From the IMG/VR virus record IMGVR_UViG_3300038443_002533, positions 208,471-272,470 of that record: DNA of 64,000 nucleotides, one strand, 5' to 3'. The stretch comes from a virus. Its lineage: Duplodnaviria; Caudoviricetes. Position numbers and translations under genes: made by a program. Below the pieces are notes generated by a model. It made no database searches and was not told where the DNA came from. It worked only from the letters and a program-made list of their open reading frames with translations. Of this stretch, positions 55,168 to 64,000 are shown one piece after another; position 1 is the first letter of the stretch, and each line of letters starts with the position of its first letter.

Positions 55168-56034
55168 TTAACGATTTTCGCGTTCGTCTTTCAAGATCTC
55201 GATGATCTTGTTCATGGTGTCGCCGATGGCGCGGTTCATGGTGGTGATACGGAAGAACGTCGCTGCGAAGAATTCCAGTTCTGCCCCGGCTTGATACGCG
55301 CCGTTGGCGAGATTGTTGGTCACTTCCGGACCGGCACCTTCAAACTCGTTGTTACGAATCTGTTTGATGATGGTCGCAAGTTGCTGGTTGCATTCTTCGG
55401 CTTTCTTGTGCAGCGCCGTGCGGTCGATCGAGTTGATCAGGCGATCCAGATGCTCGATGCTTTGGAACACTTCGCTCCAATCCGCGTTACGCCCCACCAC
55501 GTCACCGTAAGTGGCTTCAGCTTTCGAGGAACCAGTCTTGAAGCACTTGGCCAGGCGCTTACCCAGGGCCACGCGGGTTTGCTCCATCTTGGCGTACGTC
55601 GCGTCCAGCGGCAGCGTGCTGATCTTCAGTTGACGGTTGGTGATGATCTGGGCCAGATACACCGAGTAGTCGTTGAGGATCTTGAGCGAGTTGTCGTGGC
55701 AGTGCAGGGCCGCGTCGCGCAGCACTTCCAGGTACTCCAGATAAGAAACATCCAGACCCTCCGGAATATATGCCAGCAGCGGAGAGAGGTTCAGGTACAC
55801 CCGACCTTCGATCTGCTTGATGAAGTCGCGTTCGTTGCTCTTGAGTTGCACCGCCGGTTCGCTTTTGCTAAAGCCGTGGATGAACCCTTGGAAGTTCTTT
55901 TGCAGATCCGGAATCAGGTTTTGCAGCGAATGCACGATCCCCGACAGGGAGAAGGTTTCATGGCTGATCATGGTGCGCAAATCGTCCATCTCTTGGAGCG
56001 GATCGAGTTTCAGGTGGTGTGCGGGCAGAGTCAT
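55168..56034 (-). CDS. Probable head protein with short propeptide (phiKZ gp153-like position)
   Basis: ISHE/TF protease-type site near the N-terminus; helical body; start ATG 56034 preferred. Confidence 0.55.
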   Translation of the reverse strand: MTLPAHHLKLDPLQEMDDLRTMISHETFSLSGIVHSLQNLIPDLQKNFQGFIHGFSKSEPAVQLKSNERDFIKQIEGRVYLNLSPLLAYIPEGLDVSYLEYLEVLRDAALHCHDNSLKILNDYSVYLAQIITNRQLKISTLPLDATYAKMEQTRVALGKRLAKCFKTGSSKAEATYGDVVGRNADWSEVFQSIEHLDRLINSIDRTALHKKAEECNQQLATIIKQIRNNEFEGAGPEVTNNLANGAYQAGAELEFFAATFFRITTMNRAIGDTMNKIIEILKDERENR

Positions 56035-56171
56035 GGGCGTGATCTTTTCACAAAAGTTGGGAGAACCGATTACATAATCGGAATTGCGAATCATAAAATT
56101 TACTCGGTCGTCTTATTGTACGACCGATTTAGAAAACCTCTGAATCATCTTTACAAGAAAACGGAGCTACA

Positions 56172-57743
56172 GTGAGCTTACTACCGACCAATCTTCAAGC
56201 CGCCGCCTTCATCAATCCATCGTGTCCGATTGGTGCTGGCTTTGATATCCTCAACGGCAGCTACTACAAAGGATTGCACCGTCAAAACGTTCTGTCGGGT
56301 GGTCTTTCCTACATCATGGGGATTGCTTCTGGCGGCAACAACGGCAAATCCACCCTGGCCGAATGGATGATCTACACCGCCATGGCGCGTGTCACGCCGT
56401 GGGACTTTCCGACCCACAGCGCTGGCATCTTCTACGACGCCGACGTGAACAAGAACGAACCACGCATGTCTGATCTGCAACGCGGCATTCGCGATCTGTG
56501 CGGGCGTGATCTGTTCTCGGCGGGCCGTTTCACGCTGACCAACAAAGTCGTCTACAGCGGCAACAAGTTTTTCGAAGTGGTCAAGGAATGGTTGGACGGT
56601 AAGCGCAAAGACCGCAAGAACAGCTACGACACGCCGTTCATGGACCGTGGCGGCAAGACCCCGTTCAAGATGTTCGTGCCGACGTATTGCGCCGTCGACC
56701 CGCTGTCGGAATTCGATACCGACGACATCGATGCGGTGCGTGAGAAGACCGAACTGGGTTCCAGTGCCCAGAACATCATCAACATGCGTGCAAGTCTGGT
56801 CAAGACCAACTTCCTGGCCGAACTGCCGCGGGTAACGATCCAGTCGAACAACTACACGGTGCTGGTCGCCCAGACCGGCAAGAACATGGACATCGGCGCT
56901 TCGCCGCATGCACCGCCGCGCCGTCAACTGCGCAACCTGCCCTCGTCGGAAGCCATCAAAGGCGCCACCAACAAGTTCACCACGGTCACGCATGACTGCT
57001 GGTGGATCGAAAAGTCCGACCCGCTGTGGGATGACGAGAAGCGTCCGGAATACCCGCTCGAACCTGGCCTGTCGCGTCCCGGTGATACCGACCTGCAAAT
57101 GTCGCGCCTCAAGCAACTCCGTTGCAAAGGCGGTGCCTCGGGCGTATGGCATGAACTGCTCGTGTCGCAGAAACACGGCGTGCAACCGGAACTGACCGAA
57201 TTCCACTACCTGCGTAGCCGCAAGCGTTGGGGCATGGAAGTCTCCGGTGGCGGTGGCTCGATCATGGAACTGATGCTGTATCCGGGCGTGAAGGTCACGC
57301 GCAATACCGTGCGCATGGTGATCGACGATGACCCGCTGTTCCGTCGTGCCCTGAACTTCACGATGGAAATGAAGCAGATGCACGAGCACTGGTCGTGGAT
57401 CGTCGAGGAAGGCTGGTTCGTGGAACCCGACGAACTCTACAAGGGTCTGGTCGCGCGTGGCTACGACTGGAAGGTGTTGCTCAATACCCGCGGGTACTGG
57501 TGCCTCGGTGATGGCCCATGTCCGGAACTGGCCACGATTGATCTGTGGCGCATGTACCACGGTGGCTACCATCCGTACTGGTACGACCAAGTCGTCGGCC
57601 CCGAAGCTGCCAAGAAGGTCATCAAAGGCCCCTACGAGTCCAAGCTGAACGCGCTGGCTTACGGACCCCTCCTGACCGACATGGAAGAAGGCAAGGCACT
57701 GTATGGTCTTGCCAAGGAACCGGAACTCAAGGCTGCTGCATGA
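56172..57743 (+). CDS. uvsX: UvsX/RecA-like recombinase (phiKZ gp152-like)
   Basis: P-loop GGNNGKST, CAVDPLSEF Walker-B-like; GTG start with GGAG RBS. Confidence 0.75.
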   Translation: MSLLPTNLQAAAFINPSCPIGAGFDILNGSYYKGLHRQNVLSGGLSYIMGIASGGNNGKSTLAEWMIYTAMARVTPWDFPTHSAGIFYDADVNKNEPRMSDLQRGIRDLCGRDLFSAGRFTLTNKVVYSGNKFFEVVKEWLDGKRKDRKNSYDTPFMDRGGKTPFKMFVPTYCAVDPLSEFDTDDIDAVREKTELGSSAQNIINMRASLVKTNFLAELPRVTIQSNNYTVLVAQTGKNMDIGASPHAPPRRQLRNLPSSEAIKGATNKFTTVTHDCWWIEKSDPLWDDEKRPEYPLEPGLSRPGDTDLQMSRLKQLRCKGGASGVWHELLVSQKHGVQPELTEFHYLRSRKRWGMEVSGGGGSIMELMLYPGVKVTRNTVRMVIDDDPLFRRALNFTMEMKQMHEHWSWIVEEGWFVEPDELYKGLVARGYDWKVLLNTRGYWCLGDGPCPELATIDLWRMYHGGYHPYWYDQVVGPEAAKKVIKGPYESKLNALAYGPLLTDMEEGKALYGLAKEPELKAAA

Positions 57744-57988
57744 ACCACGATATCAGCGCTGCGGAACTACGGGCGCTGATATTCGCCGTCGACGGTAAAG
57801 CCAAAATTACGTTAGACAGTCTGGTAGAGAGTTACGAATTGCTCGGTGCCGAGTTTGGTCATCAAGTTCGCTTTCTACCCGCTAACGGGAGCTTGGCCGA
57901 TGGCGATAATCAGACAGTGGTGGTGAACGCATTTTTAAAGCAGCTGGAAGAAGCTGGCTACGTTATCGTAAGGAAAACTTCTCAATGA
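57740..57988 (+). CDS. Hypothetical protein (82 aa)
   Basis: ATGA overlaps at both ends. Confidence 0.55.
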   Translation: MNHDISAAELRALIFAVDGKAKITLDSLVESYELLGAEFGHQVRFLPANGSLADGDNQTVVVNAFLKQLEEAGYVIVRKTSQ

Positions 57989-58167
57989 GAATCTTCTACA
58001 TCATCTTTGCATTGATCACCGCCACCATCGGCCAGCAAATCCACCACAGTGCTATTTGGGCTGTGATGGATTTCTTTCTGTGGCCACTCGTCTGGCTCAA
58101 GTGGTTGATCTTTCATCAAGTCACCTTGACTGCTGTCAAAACGGCCTTTGCGTGGTTCCTCACGTAA
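57985..58167 (+). CDS. Small two-TM membrane protein
   Basis: MRIFYIIFALITATIG...WAVMDFFLWPLVWLKWLIF. Confidence 0.6.
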   Translation: MRIFYIIFALITATIGQQIHHSAIWAVMDFFLWPLVWLKWLIFHQVTLTAVKTAFAWFLT

Positions 58168-58175
58168 ACCCAACC

Positions 58176-58661
58176 ATGCCCAAAATCAAACCGTTGTTTA
58201 ATAGAGGCGACATCGCCCGGTATAAGAACGCGACGTTTCATTTTCTGATATTGGCCACGCCGGAACACTGTCAACATCATGGTGCGCCAGCGTACATGGG
58301 GTTGACGACTGGCGACGGGACGATTCAATTCTACACCCAGACGTATTTGGAGAATGGGGATTGGTTCGCGTTACCCAAGCTCCAAGCGGACGACATTCGC
58401 CATCGGTTCTATCCGTCGGAGAACATCAAGGTTCCGGAAGAAAATCGTCGACGGGATGCCAGCACGTTCCGGTTCGCCCAAGACAGTCAAGTACGGCACC
58501 GTAAAACTGGCGGCGTGTATGCCATCTTGATCACCCCGGATGTCGGCCGTCTGGAGAGCAGCAACACCCCGGCTTACAGCTACCAGGATGTGCAAGGTGG
58601 GCCGGTATGGCATCGTTGCCAAGTCGAGATGGAAGATGGCCGCTTTGAGGAGGTGGTGTGA
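58176..58661 (+). CDS. Tandem SH3/DUF1653-like domain protein
   Basis: VRHRKTGGVYAIL...AYSYQD...VWHR...MEDGRF; a related unit at the N-terminus. Confidence 0.55.
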   Translation: MPKIKPLFNRGDIARYKNATFHFLILATPEHCQHHGAPAYMGLTTGDGTIQFYTQTYLENGDWFALPKLQADDIRHRFYPSENIKVPEENRRRDASTFRFAQDSQVRHRKTGGVYAILITPDVGRLESSNTPAYSYQDVQGGPVWHRCQVEMEDGRFEEVV

Positions 58662-58825
58662 CTTTATCTGACCACGTTCGTCTGTTCTGCACGGTGCTCC
58701 TGGTGACCGGCGGCGGCATGTATTTCATGCACGCTGACCGTCCACTGAACGCTATCTTCATGGTGCTCGTGGGCATTTTCCTTATGTTCGTACAAATTTT
58801 GGTGACCATTCGCACCAAGACTTGA
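58658..58825 (+). CDS. Small two-TM membrane protein (55 aa, not in ORF track)
   Basis: GTGA overlap, GAGGAGG RBS; two hydrophobic segments. Confidence 0.5.
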   Translation: MTLSDHVRLFCTVLLVTGGGMYFMHADRPLNAIFMVLVGIFLMFVQILVTIRTKT

Positions 58826-58875
58826 CAGACGGTTATTTCAGTTCGTTAACTTTTTGATACTTAATTACTTTTGAT

Positions 58876-59247
58876 ATGGATACTGTAGAACAAGCCCTGT
58901 CCGCTGAGCAATCCACCCCCGCTACCGACGAAGCCCAGCCGCTGTCGCTGGTGGATACGGTGACGCTCATGCTCACTGAAGCCGGTATCGAAAACCCGGA
59001 AGGGTGGAAGGTCGGCTTGCATCCGGAAGCCCTGACGTCGAGCGATCTGAACGTCCAGCGTTTCCTGATCAACCAGCATTGGCGCGGTCTGTTGCTGAGC
59101 GTCCCCAAGGACCGTATCCTCGAAACCCGCAACGCCCGTGGCTGTTTGGTTGACGGCCGTTGGGAGTTGGGGGATTGGATTGCCCACTTCAAAAAGGACG
59201 TCATCGAATGCGCGATCCGCGTCGAGGTATTGAAAAAGATCGCCTAA
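58876..59247 (+). CDS. Hypothetical protein
   Basis: 123 aa. Confidence 0.55.
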   Translation: MDTVEQALSAEQSTPATDEAQPLSLVDTVTLMLTEAGIENPEGWKVGLHPEALTSSDLNVQRFLINQHWRGLLLSVPKDRILETRNARGCLVDGRWELGDWIAHFKKDVIECAIRVEVLKKIA

Positions 59248-59729
59248 GCGAATTCGCTTATCGCGTCGTGGTCTTCGGCAGTCGCCAGTTCAGTGACAAA
59301 GAACTGTTCGCGCAGTGCATGGCATCGTACTTGCGCGTTATCGGTTTGGATCAACCCGACGTCAAACCCCAACTCTGCTTTCTGTTTCTCGAAGGCCGAA
59401 CGGGGGTGTCAAAGTTGGTCGCGGATTGGTGCTTGGAGCACGGGTACTTCTGGTGTGAATTCGTGCCCGATTGGGCCGATGTCGACGTCGAAGGCGCTCG
59501 GGTTAAAGTCAATCGTCAAGGGCATAAGTACAACGCCTTGGCGAGCATCTGGTGTGCTGATGAGATGGCACAAGTCAGCACACACGGCGTCTCGTTTTAC
59601 GATGGGGTATCATCTGACACCCAAGACATGATGGAAAATGTGGCAGGACATGGCAGTCCCTGCGCTAACTATCTTGTCTCCATCGATCAAGACGAGGACG
59701 AAGATGCCGAAAAACCGAGCCGCTGCTGA
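59208..59729 (+). CDS. SLOG/YspA-like (DUF2493-like) protein, degenerate
   Basis: RVVVFGSRQFSD, EGRTGVSKLVADW, PDW, FYDGVSSDTQDMM. Confidence 0.6.
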   Translation: MRDPRRGIEKDRLSEFAYRVVVFGSRQFSDKELFAQCMASYLRVIGLDQPDVKPQLCFLFLEGRTGVSKLVADWCLEHGYFWCEFVPDWADVDVEGARVKVNRQGHKYNALASIWCADEMAQVSTHGVSFYDGVSSDTQDMMENVAGHGSPCANYLVSIDQDEDEDAEKPSRC

Positions 59730-60378
59730 AGCTGTTATCCTGAAACGCATTGAACAAATGGCCCCGGGTGGACCCACCACCCAAATCTATCGCGACTTGT
59801 TTGCGAAGATGGATGACCAAGCGTTCGATGCGTTCATGATGAAAATTAAAGGGGGCGTACGCTTACCGATTCTGGACCCGAATCTGGGGGCGCACAAACT
59901 CACGATTGAAAATGCGCTGGCCATGGCGAAAGACATGGGGCATGACTTTTACCAGCGGATCTGGATTAACCCGAACGATGGCAAGACCCCGGCGTTCCTC
60001 ACCAACAAGAAGTTTCTGGTGCTGGATCTGTCGTATCGTCGGCAAGCCCAGTTGCTGGAAAAGAAAGCGCGTATCCCGAAACACAATCGTTCGGTCGACG
60101 AATTGACCGGCCAAGCTGCTGGTGAATCGAAAGGCAGTAAGTTGTCCTCGCCTGAGATTCAAGTGTTGGCGGCGCTCGACTTGCCGAACATGATCACTGA
60201 GCAAATCAAAGTGCGCGGTGGTGACGTCAAGGCCTTCGACGCATCGAACAACATGGTGGACAAGACCGGCGCTTTCTCCATGGCCGCGATCAACCATCTG
60301 GCTGGTGGCGTGGAGTCGACCAAGACGCTGGAGACGTATCTCACCAGTATGCACTTGTCGACCAAGCTCACGACCTAA
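59704..60378 (+). CDS. Virion RNA polymerase beta-subunit C-terminal fragment (phiKZ gp149-like)
   Basis: RRQAQLLEKK...SVDELTGQAAGESKGSKLSSPEIQVLAA...EQIKVRGGD parallels RpoB C-terminal motifs. Confidence 0.8.
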   Translation: MPKNRAAAEAVILKRIEQMAPGGPTTQIYRDLFAKMDDQAFDAFMMKIKGGVRLPILDPNLGAHKLTIENALAMAKDMGHDFYQRIWINPNDGKTPAFLTNKKFLVLDLSYRRQAQLLEKKARIPKHNRSVDELTGQAAGESKGSKLSSPEIQVLAALDLPNMITEQIKVRGGDVKAFDASNNMVDKTGAFSMAAINHLAGGVESTKTLETYLTSMHLSTKLTT

Positions 60379-60380
60379 TT

Positions 60381-60962
60381 GTGCTGCCGGGTTATCAATT
60401 GATAAATAACACCAAAAATATTGCGGATGGGGAAATGCAAGATTACCGAGTCTTAGAAGAGATCTTTGTACGCACCGTCGGCCAAACCTTGGCCAACCTG
60501 TCGGATGCGAATGCCGTCAAGGTGCGGGAGAAGCTGCTGGAAATCACCGGTGGCTGGACGGCGTCGTACTTGTTCTCGCAAGATCACTTCGGTGAAAAGA
60601 ACGCTGAAGTCTACGCGGATGAAGTGTTCCGTGATTGGCTGTTCAATACGCGTTTCGTGTTCATGACCAACGCGTCGTTTCACTGCGGGCTGGCGGTTCA
60701 TGCGCTGGTGCTGGATATGTTGGCACGCAGCGTGTCGCTCGATATGGGGGTAGGTGAAGACCTCAAGATCAGCGACCATGAACTGGTGGCACTGTCGGCC
60801 ATGCCGGAACAGTTCCCGCAAGAGATTCTGAATTACGAGGACGCCAAGAAGCTGTTGGCGGCCAACAATTGGGTGTGTGTGGTCTTGCTGGTGATCGCAT
60901 TCATTCCAATGGAACATGAGGTGCTCAAGACACCCGTTCCCGATAACAACCAAAACAATTAG
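60381..60962 (+). CDS. Conserved hypothetical protein
   Basis: 193 aa as called (start may be ATG 60435). Confidence 0.55.
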   Translation: MLPGYQLINNTKNIADGEMQDYRVLEEIFVRTVGQTLANLSDANAVKVREKLLEITGGWTASYLFSQDHFGEKNAEVYADEVFRDWLFNTRFVFMTNASFHCGLAVHALVLDMLARSVSLDMGVGEDLKISDHELVALSAMPEQFPQEILNYEDAKKLLAANNWVCVVLLVIAFIPMEHEVLKTPVPDNNQNN

Positions 60963-60992
60963 TTCCTCCAATTCTGAAAGAGATACTGGGTC

Positions 60993-61736
60993 ATGACAGC
61001 TTCACCCGAACCAGTGGTAGCAGGTGTGCTGGTATCGCTCGATGTTTTGCTCGATACCCGTATTGCGACTGTGGCGAAACTTGCCGGTCATGCAGTTGCG
61101 TTAGAAGTCCTTAAAGGAAACTATCATACCCGGAAGGATGATAAATTTCCAGCCGTAAGTGTGGAAGCCTACAAAACCTTGTATGCTGCACGCGATGAAG
61201 AAACGCTCGCTTTGTCGTGCTCGACGAACATCGACACGTTTTTGCGTGACCTCGTTCACTCGCTGCTCAAGCAAACATTCTCCAGGCCATTCCACCAAGG
61301 TGTGCGCGTGGTGATCAACACGTACCCGTATCAACTGTCTGACGAAATCACCCAGCAGATTTTGGGAGCCGTCATCGATAAGTTACTACCCGACCCGGGG
61401 TTGCAAACACCCCTCACTGTCGTTGCGGAACACTTACCCGATCAAGCGCTAACCCCTGATTACTGCAAGAATAATTTCTCAGCGTTGTTGATGTACGATT
61501 ACGAACATTGGCTACAAATGCAACAGCTCGCGCTCCTCAAACGACCCATGCCCGAGGTCACCCTTTTCGCGCCAGCTCTATACTTCGTTCATACACCAAC
61601 TGAAGAAGAAATCGCACAGCATCAAACCGAATTTGAGTGGGACCCTTTTGAAAGTATTCAACGCGCCGTCCGTGGCGGTATCGATCTTCAGTTTCTCCCG
61701 ATCGAATTATTCAGCATTGTTAAGCCAGTGAGTTGA
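60993..61736 (+). CDS. Conserved hypothetical protein, possible HAD-like fold
   Basis: VLVSLDVLLDTR and VVINTYPY. Confidence 0.55.
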   Translation: MTASPEPVVAGVLVSLDVLLDTRIATVAKLAGHAVALEVLKGNYHTRKDDKFPAVSVEAYKTLYAARDEETLALSCSTNIDTFLRDLVHSLLKQTFSRPFHQGVRVVINTYPYQLSDEITQQILGAVIDKLLPDPGLQTPLTVVAEHLPDQALTPDYCKNNFSALLMYDYEHWLQMQQLALLKRPMPEVTLFAPALYFVHTPTEEEIAQHQTEFEWDPFESIQRAVRGGIDLQFLPIELFSIVKPVS

Positions 61737-61739
61737 CAT

Positions 61740-61783
61740 CATACGCCCCTACTACCCACCCTCGCGGGTTGGGTAGTAGGATG
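61740..61783. terminator. Hairpin between convergent genes
   Basis: CATACGCC-CCTACTACCCACCC-TCGC-GGGTTGGGTAGTAGG-ATG. Confidence 0.65.
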
Positions 61784-61797
61784 CAGTAGGCCCCCAG

Positions 61798-62349
61798 TTA
61801 CGACTGGGGCGCTTCGAAGCCGTTCTCTTTGGCGAAGCCGTCGTATGACAGCTGGGGCGTACCGATCTCGGTTTCCCCGGGAACCCCGGTGGGGAGTTCT
61901 ACGGTTGGCGGCAGACTCGGGGCTTTGCGGTTCGGATCCACTTCATTCGGGTCCACGCGAAACGCATTGGCTTTACCCGCCAGACTGCGCAGGATCGCGG
62001 CCGTATCGCGTTGGGTTTGTTCCGAGGTTTTGGCAGCTTCTTCCTCGATACCGACCCGGCGACGATTGACCGTGGCTTTGTCCATGTCACCGGCTGCTTT
62101 GAGCAGGGCATTGATCATTTCCGAATCGACGCCTTGTTTCAGGGCATGGTTGATGGTCTTGATGGCACCCAGACGGACCTGCTGGGTGTATGCCATCACG
62201 TTGTCCAGATCCAGCACATCGGCCGGTGCTTCGGGCAGCGGGGGCACATAACCCACTTCTGCCGCTTCGGTGATTTGTTTCGCTTGTTGTTGGATGGCCG
62301 GGTATTGCTCGATGCCATCATCGTACTCTTGATCGGGGGTCGCCATCAT
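61798..62349 (-). CDS. Conserved hypothetical protein
   Basis: 183 aa; AAGGA RBS. Confidence 0.6.
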   Translation of the reverse strand: MMATPDQEYDDGIEQYPAIQQQAKQITEAAEVGYVPPLPEAPADVLDLDNVMAYTQQVRLGAIKTINHALKQGVDSEMINALLKAAGDMDKATVNRRRVGIEEEAAKTSEQTQRDTAAILRSLAGKANAFRVDPNEVDPNRKAPSLPPTVELPTGVPGETEIGTPQLSYDGFAKENGFEAPQS

Positions 62350-62392
62350 TCCATCCTTATAAACGTATGCACTTCACAGAGATTCTAACGAA

Positions 62393-62410
62393 TCTCAAGT
62401 CTATATCATT
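62393..62410 (+). promoter_or_regulatory. Variant of the TATATCAC promoter repeat
   Basis: TCTCAAGTCTATATCATT, 15/18 identical to TTTCACGTCTATATCACT. Confidence 0.45.
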
Positions 62411-62447
62411 AAAATGATAGCTGGGTAATTTTGATAAAGGAGACCCT

Positions 62448-62975
62448 ATGTTCAAACCCATTTGGGAACGCATTCGCACCGCGTTTGCCAAACCCATCGT
62501 AGCTGCCCCGGTCGAAGTCGACATCACCAAACTGCCGATCATCGAACGGGTCCGGTTGATCTACACCAAGATTGACTTGGCACCCTACCAACGTTTTACC
62601 CTGAATGATGGTCGCGGTAAAGCGGTACAAGTCGCCCACCAAACCATCGAGGCCTGCATTCAGGACATCACCCAACACATTCACCAACTGGAGCGTCAAC
62701 ACTACATCAACCAAGACCGCGTACAATACCAACACTTCAGCCGGCCCGTCAACCGGTTCTTCTTAACCGTCGACGAGTGCTATCTGCCCTCGGTGTATGA
62801 AACCCTCAAGACCTTGCAACTGAGCGTCTTGGCGATGCTGGAGCAAGTCGATCGTACCCGTGATACGGACTATTACTCGTACAACCTGCGCATGCTCAAC
62901 ACCTTATTGTTCACGCTGTATGACCTCGGCACAGGTCTGATGGAGATCGCTGAACATATCAAATTTCGCTCGTAA
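62448..62975 (+). CDS. Hypothetical protein
   Basis: AAGGAG RBS; 175 aa. Confidence 0.6.
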   Translation: MFKPIWERIRTAFAKPIVAAPVEVDITKLPIIERVRLIYTKIDLAPYQRFTLNDGRGKAVQVAHQTIEACIQDITQHIHQLERQHYINQDRVQYQHFSRPVNRFFLTVDECYLPSVYETLKTLQLSVLAMLEQVDRTRDTDYYSYNLRMLNTLLFTLYDLGTGLMEIAEHIKFRS

Positions 62976-63039
62976 CTTCACTTTTCTTTGACTTTCTTTT
63001 TGCTGTTCGTTTTTACTTTACTTTTACTTTGAGGTAGCC

Positions 63040-63687
63040 ATGGCTGATCGTAAACGGGTACGTCCGGTCCAACAGATGTTGGATGATCCCAATAAAGGCA
63101 TTACAAAAACCCATACCTACGGGGCATGGGGGTTGTTATCGAAACTCTGGCGGATTTTCTTGAAAGAGAATCACGTGTCAGGGTATCGCTTCTGGATGTT
63201 GATGGACCGTTATCTGAATGATCCTAAAAACCGCACCAAGAAAAACAACAGTGAGCATTCAGACAACCGCGGTAATCTGAACAAGGAATTCTCCAACCCC
63301 ACCATGAGTTGGAAAGTGTTTTGCAAAGCCTTGCGTTTTGCCCAAATCATTGAATTTCGCGTGACGCTCGAAACCCGCCATCGGGACGGCCACATCAGCA
63401 CCCATCGGGCGATGGTGAATCTGGACGACAATCTGTTGGTGCATGATCCGGTCTTCAAGGAAGAACTGGAGCAGCGCCTCGACGCCCAGGTCGACAACCC
63501 CAACGCGGTGAATCTGCCGATCCCTGACGACCAAATCCCGATCGTGTTTCTCGACCCTCATCCGGATGACCAGATCGCCGGGATCGTCCACCCCGAGATG
63601 GATGGGGACGATGATGAGGACGACGATGACGATGACGATGAAACGCCGGATGCTGAGGGTTCCAACGATGATCCGATTTATCAATGA
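63040..63687 (+). CDS. Conserved jumbo-phage protein with acidic tail
   Basis: RGNLNKEFSNPTMSWKVFCKAL; Asp-rich C-terminus. Confidence 0.65.
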   Translation: MADRKRVRPVQQMLDDPNKGITKTHTYGAWGLLSKLWRIFLKENHVSGYRFWMLMDRYLNDPKNRTKKNNSEHSDNRGNLNKEFSNPTMSWKVFCKALRFAQIIEFRVTLETRHRDGHISTHRAMVNLDDNLLVHDPVFKEELEQRLDAQVDNPNAVNLPIPDDQIPIVFLDPHPDDQIAGIVHPEMDGDDDEDDDDDDDETPDAEGSNDDPIYQ

Positions 63688-63707
63688 TAACCGCAGCGTG
63701 ACGCACC

Positions 63708-64000
63708 ATGCCAACACTTAAGCCTACCCCCGTCAAGTTGCCGCCGCCGAATCCTGCAATGGACAGCATCAGCCACATCAACGTCCATTACAAAGACAGC
63801 AAAACCAAACTCGGTCGCATGCTGTCGACCTACTTCGTGGCGCGTTTTCACCACCCTTATTTCGGCCCCTTCAAGTGCATCGAAGGGTTTATGCTGTTCG
63901 TGCGCACCGGCTGTCAAGATGACGCTTTCCGGCACATGAACGGTGCCGATGCCAAACGCTACTACCGGGAGCAATGCCGTACCCGGCAACTCCAAAAACA
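63708..64000 (+). CDS. Partial ORF running off the window; weak NADAR-like resemblance
   Basis: HINVHYKDSKTKLGRMLSTY...HPYFGPFKCIEGF; no stop before 64000. Confidence 0.55.
   Translation, partial: MPTLKPTPVKLPPPNPAMDSISHINVHYKDSKTKLGRMLSTYFVARFHHPYFGPFKCIEGFMLFVRTGCQDDAFRHMNGADAKRYYREQCRTRQLQK

Noticed and set aside
3147-60378. Introns, inteins or homing endonucleases in helicase, RNAP, UvsX or SbcC genes
   Set aside because: No intein splice motifs, LAGLIDADG/HNH/GIY-YIG ORFs or split frames were seen, and lengths fit uninterrupted genes.
63600-63645. GAT/GAC trinucleotide run
   Set aside because: It simply encodes the poly-Asp tail of 63040-63687.

Overview
This is a 64-kb segment of a phiKZ-related (Chimalliviridae-like, nucleus-forming) jumbo phage genome with GC-rich, C/G-ending codons. 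All family assignments come from motif recognition and recalled gene order; no database search was run. Core genes: internal-head paralogues, SF2 helicase, DnaB, major capsid protein, non-virion and virion RNAP beta fragments, probable portal, RuvC, PAAR plus central spike, SbcC, RNase H and UvsX. Two accessory blocks interrupt the core. (1) At 25.4-36.0 kb, a + strand run of small genes shares a CAA-rich leader and is rich in apparent mimics of host regulators: a tandem RNAP alpha-CTD protein, a stand-alone CapW/BrxR-type winged helix without its WYL sensor, an orphan HI1420-type antitoxin and a wHTH paralogue family. (2) At 36.1-44.9 kb, a - strand fibre module places a 754-aa Tyr-Asn-Pro repeat protein (two arms, each tipped by a CPxGW...C motif) directly before a prolyl-hydroxylase-type 2OG-Fe(II) oxygenase, two dUTPase-fold-like paralogues, a fibre chaperone, adaptor fibres and a holin-like/lytic-transglycosylase pair. 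The best candidates for undescribed systems are a self-modifying (hydroxylated) virion fibre and a WYL-less repressor mimic that could silence host defence operons. No tRNA, rRNA, CRISPR array, intron or intein was supported.
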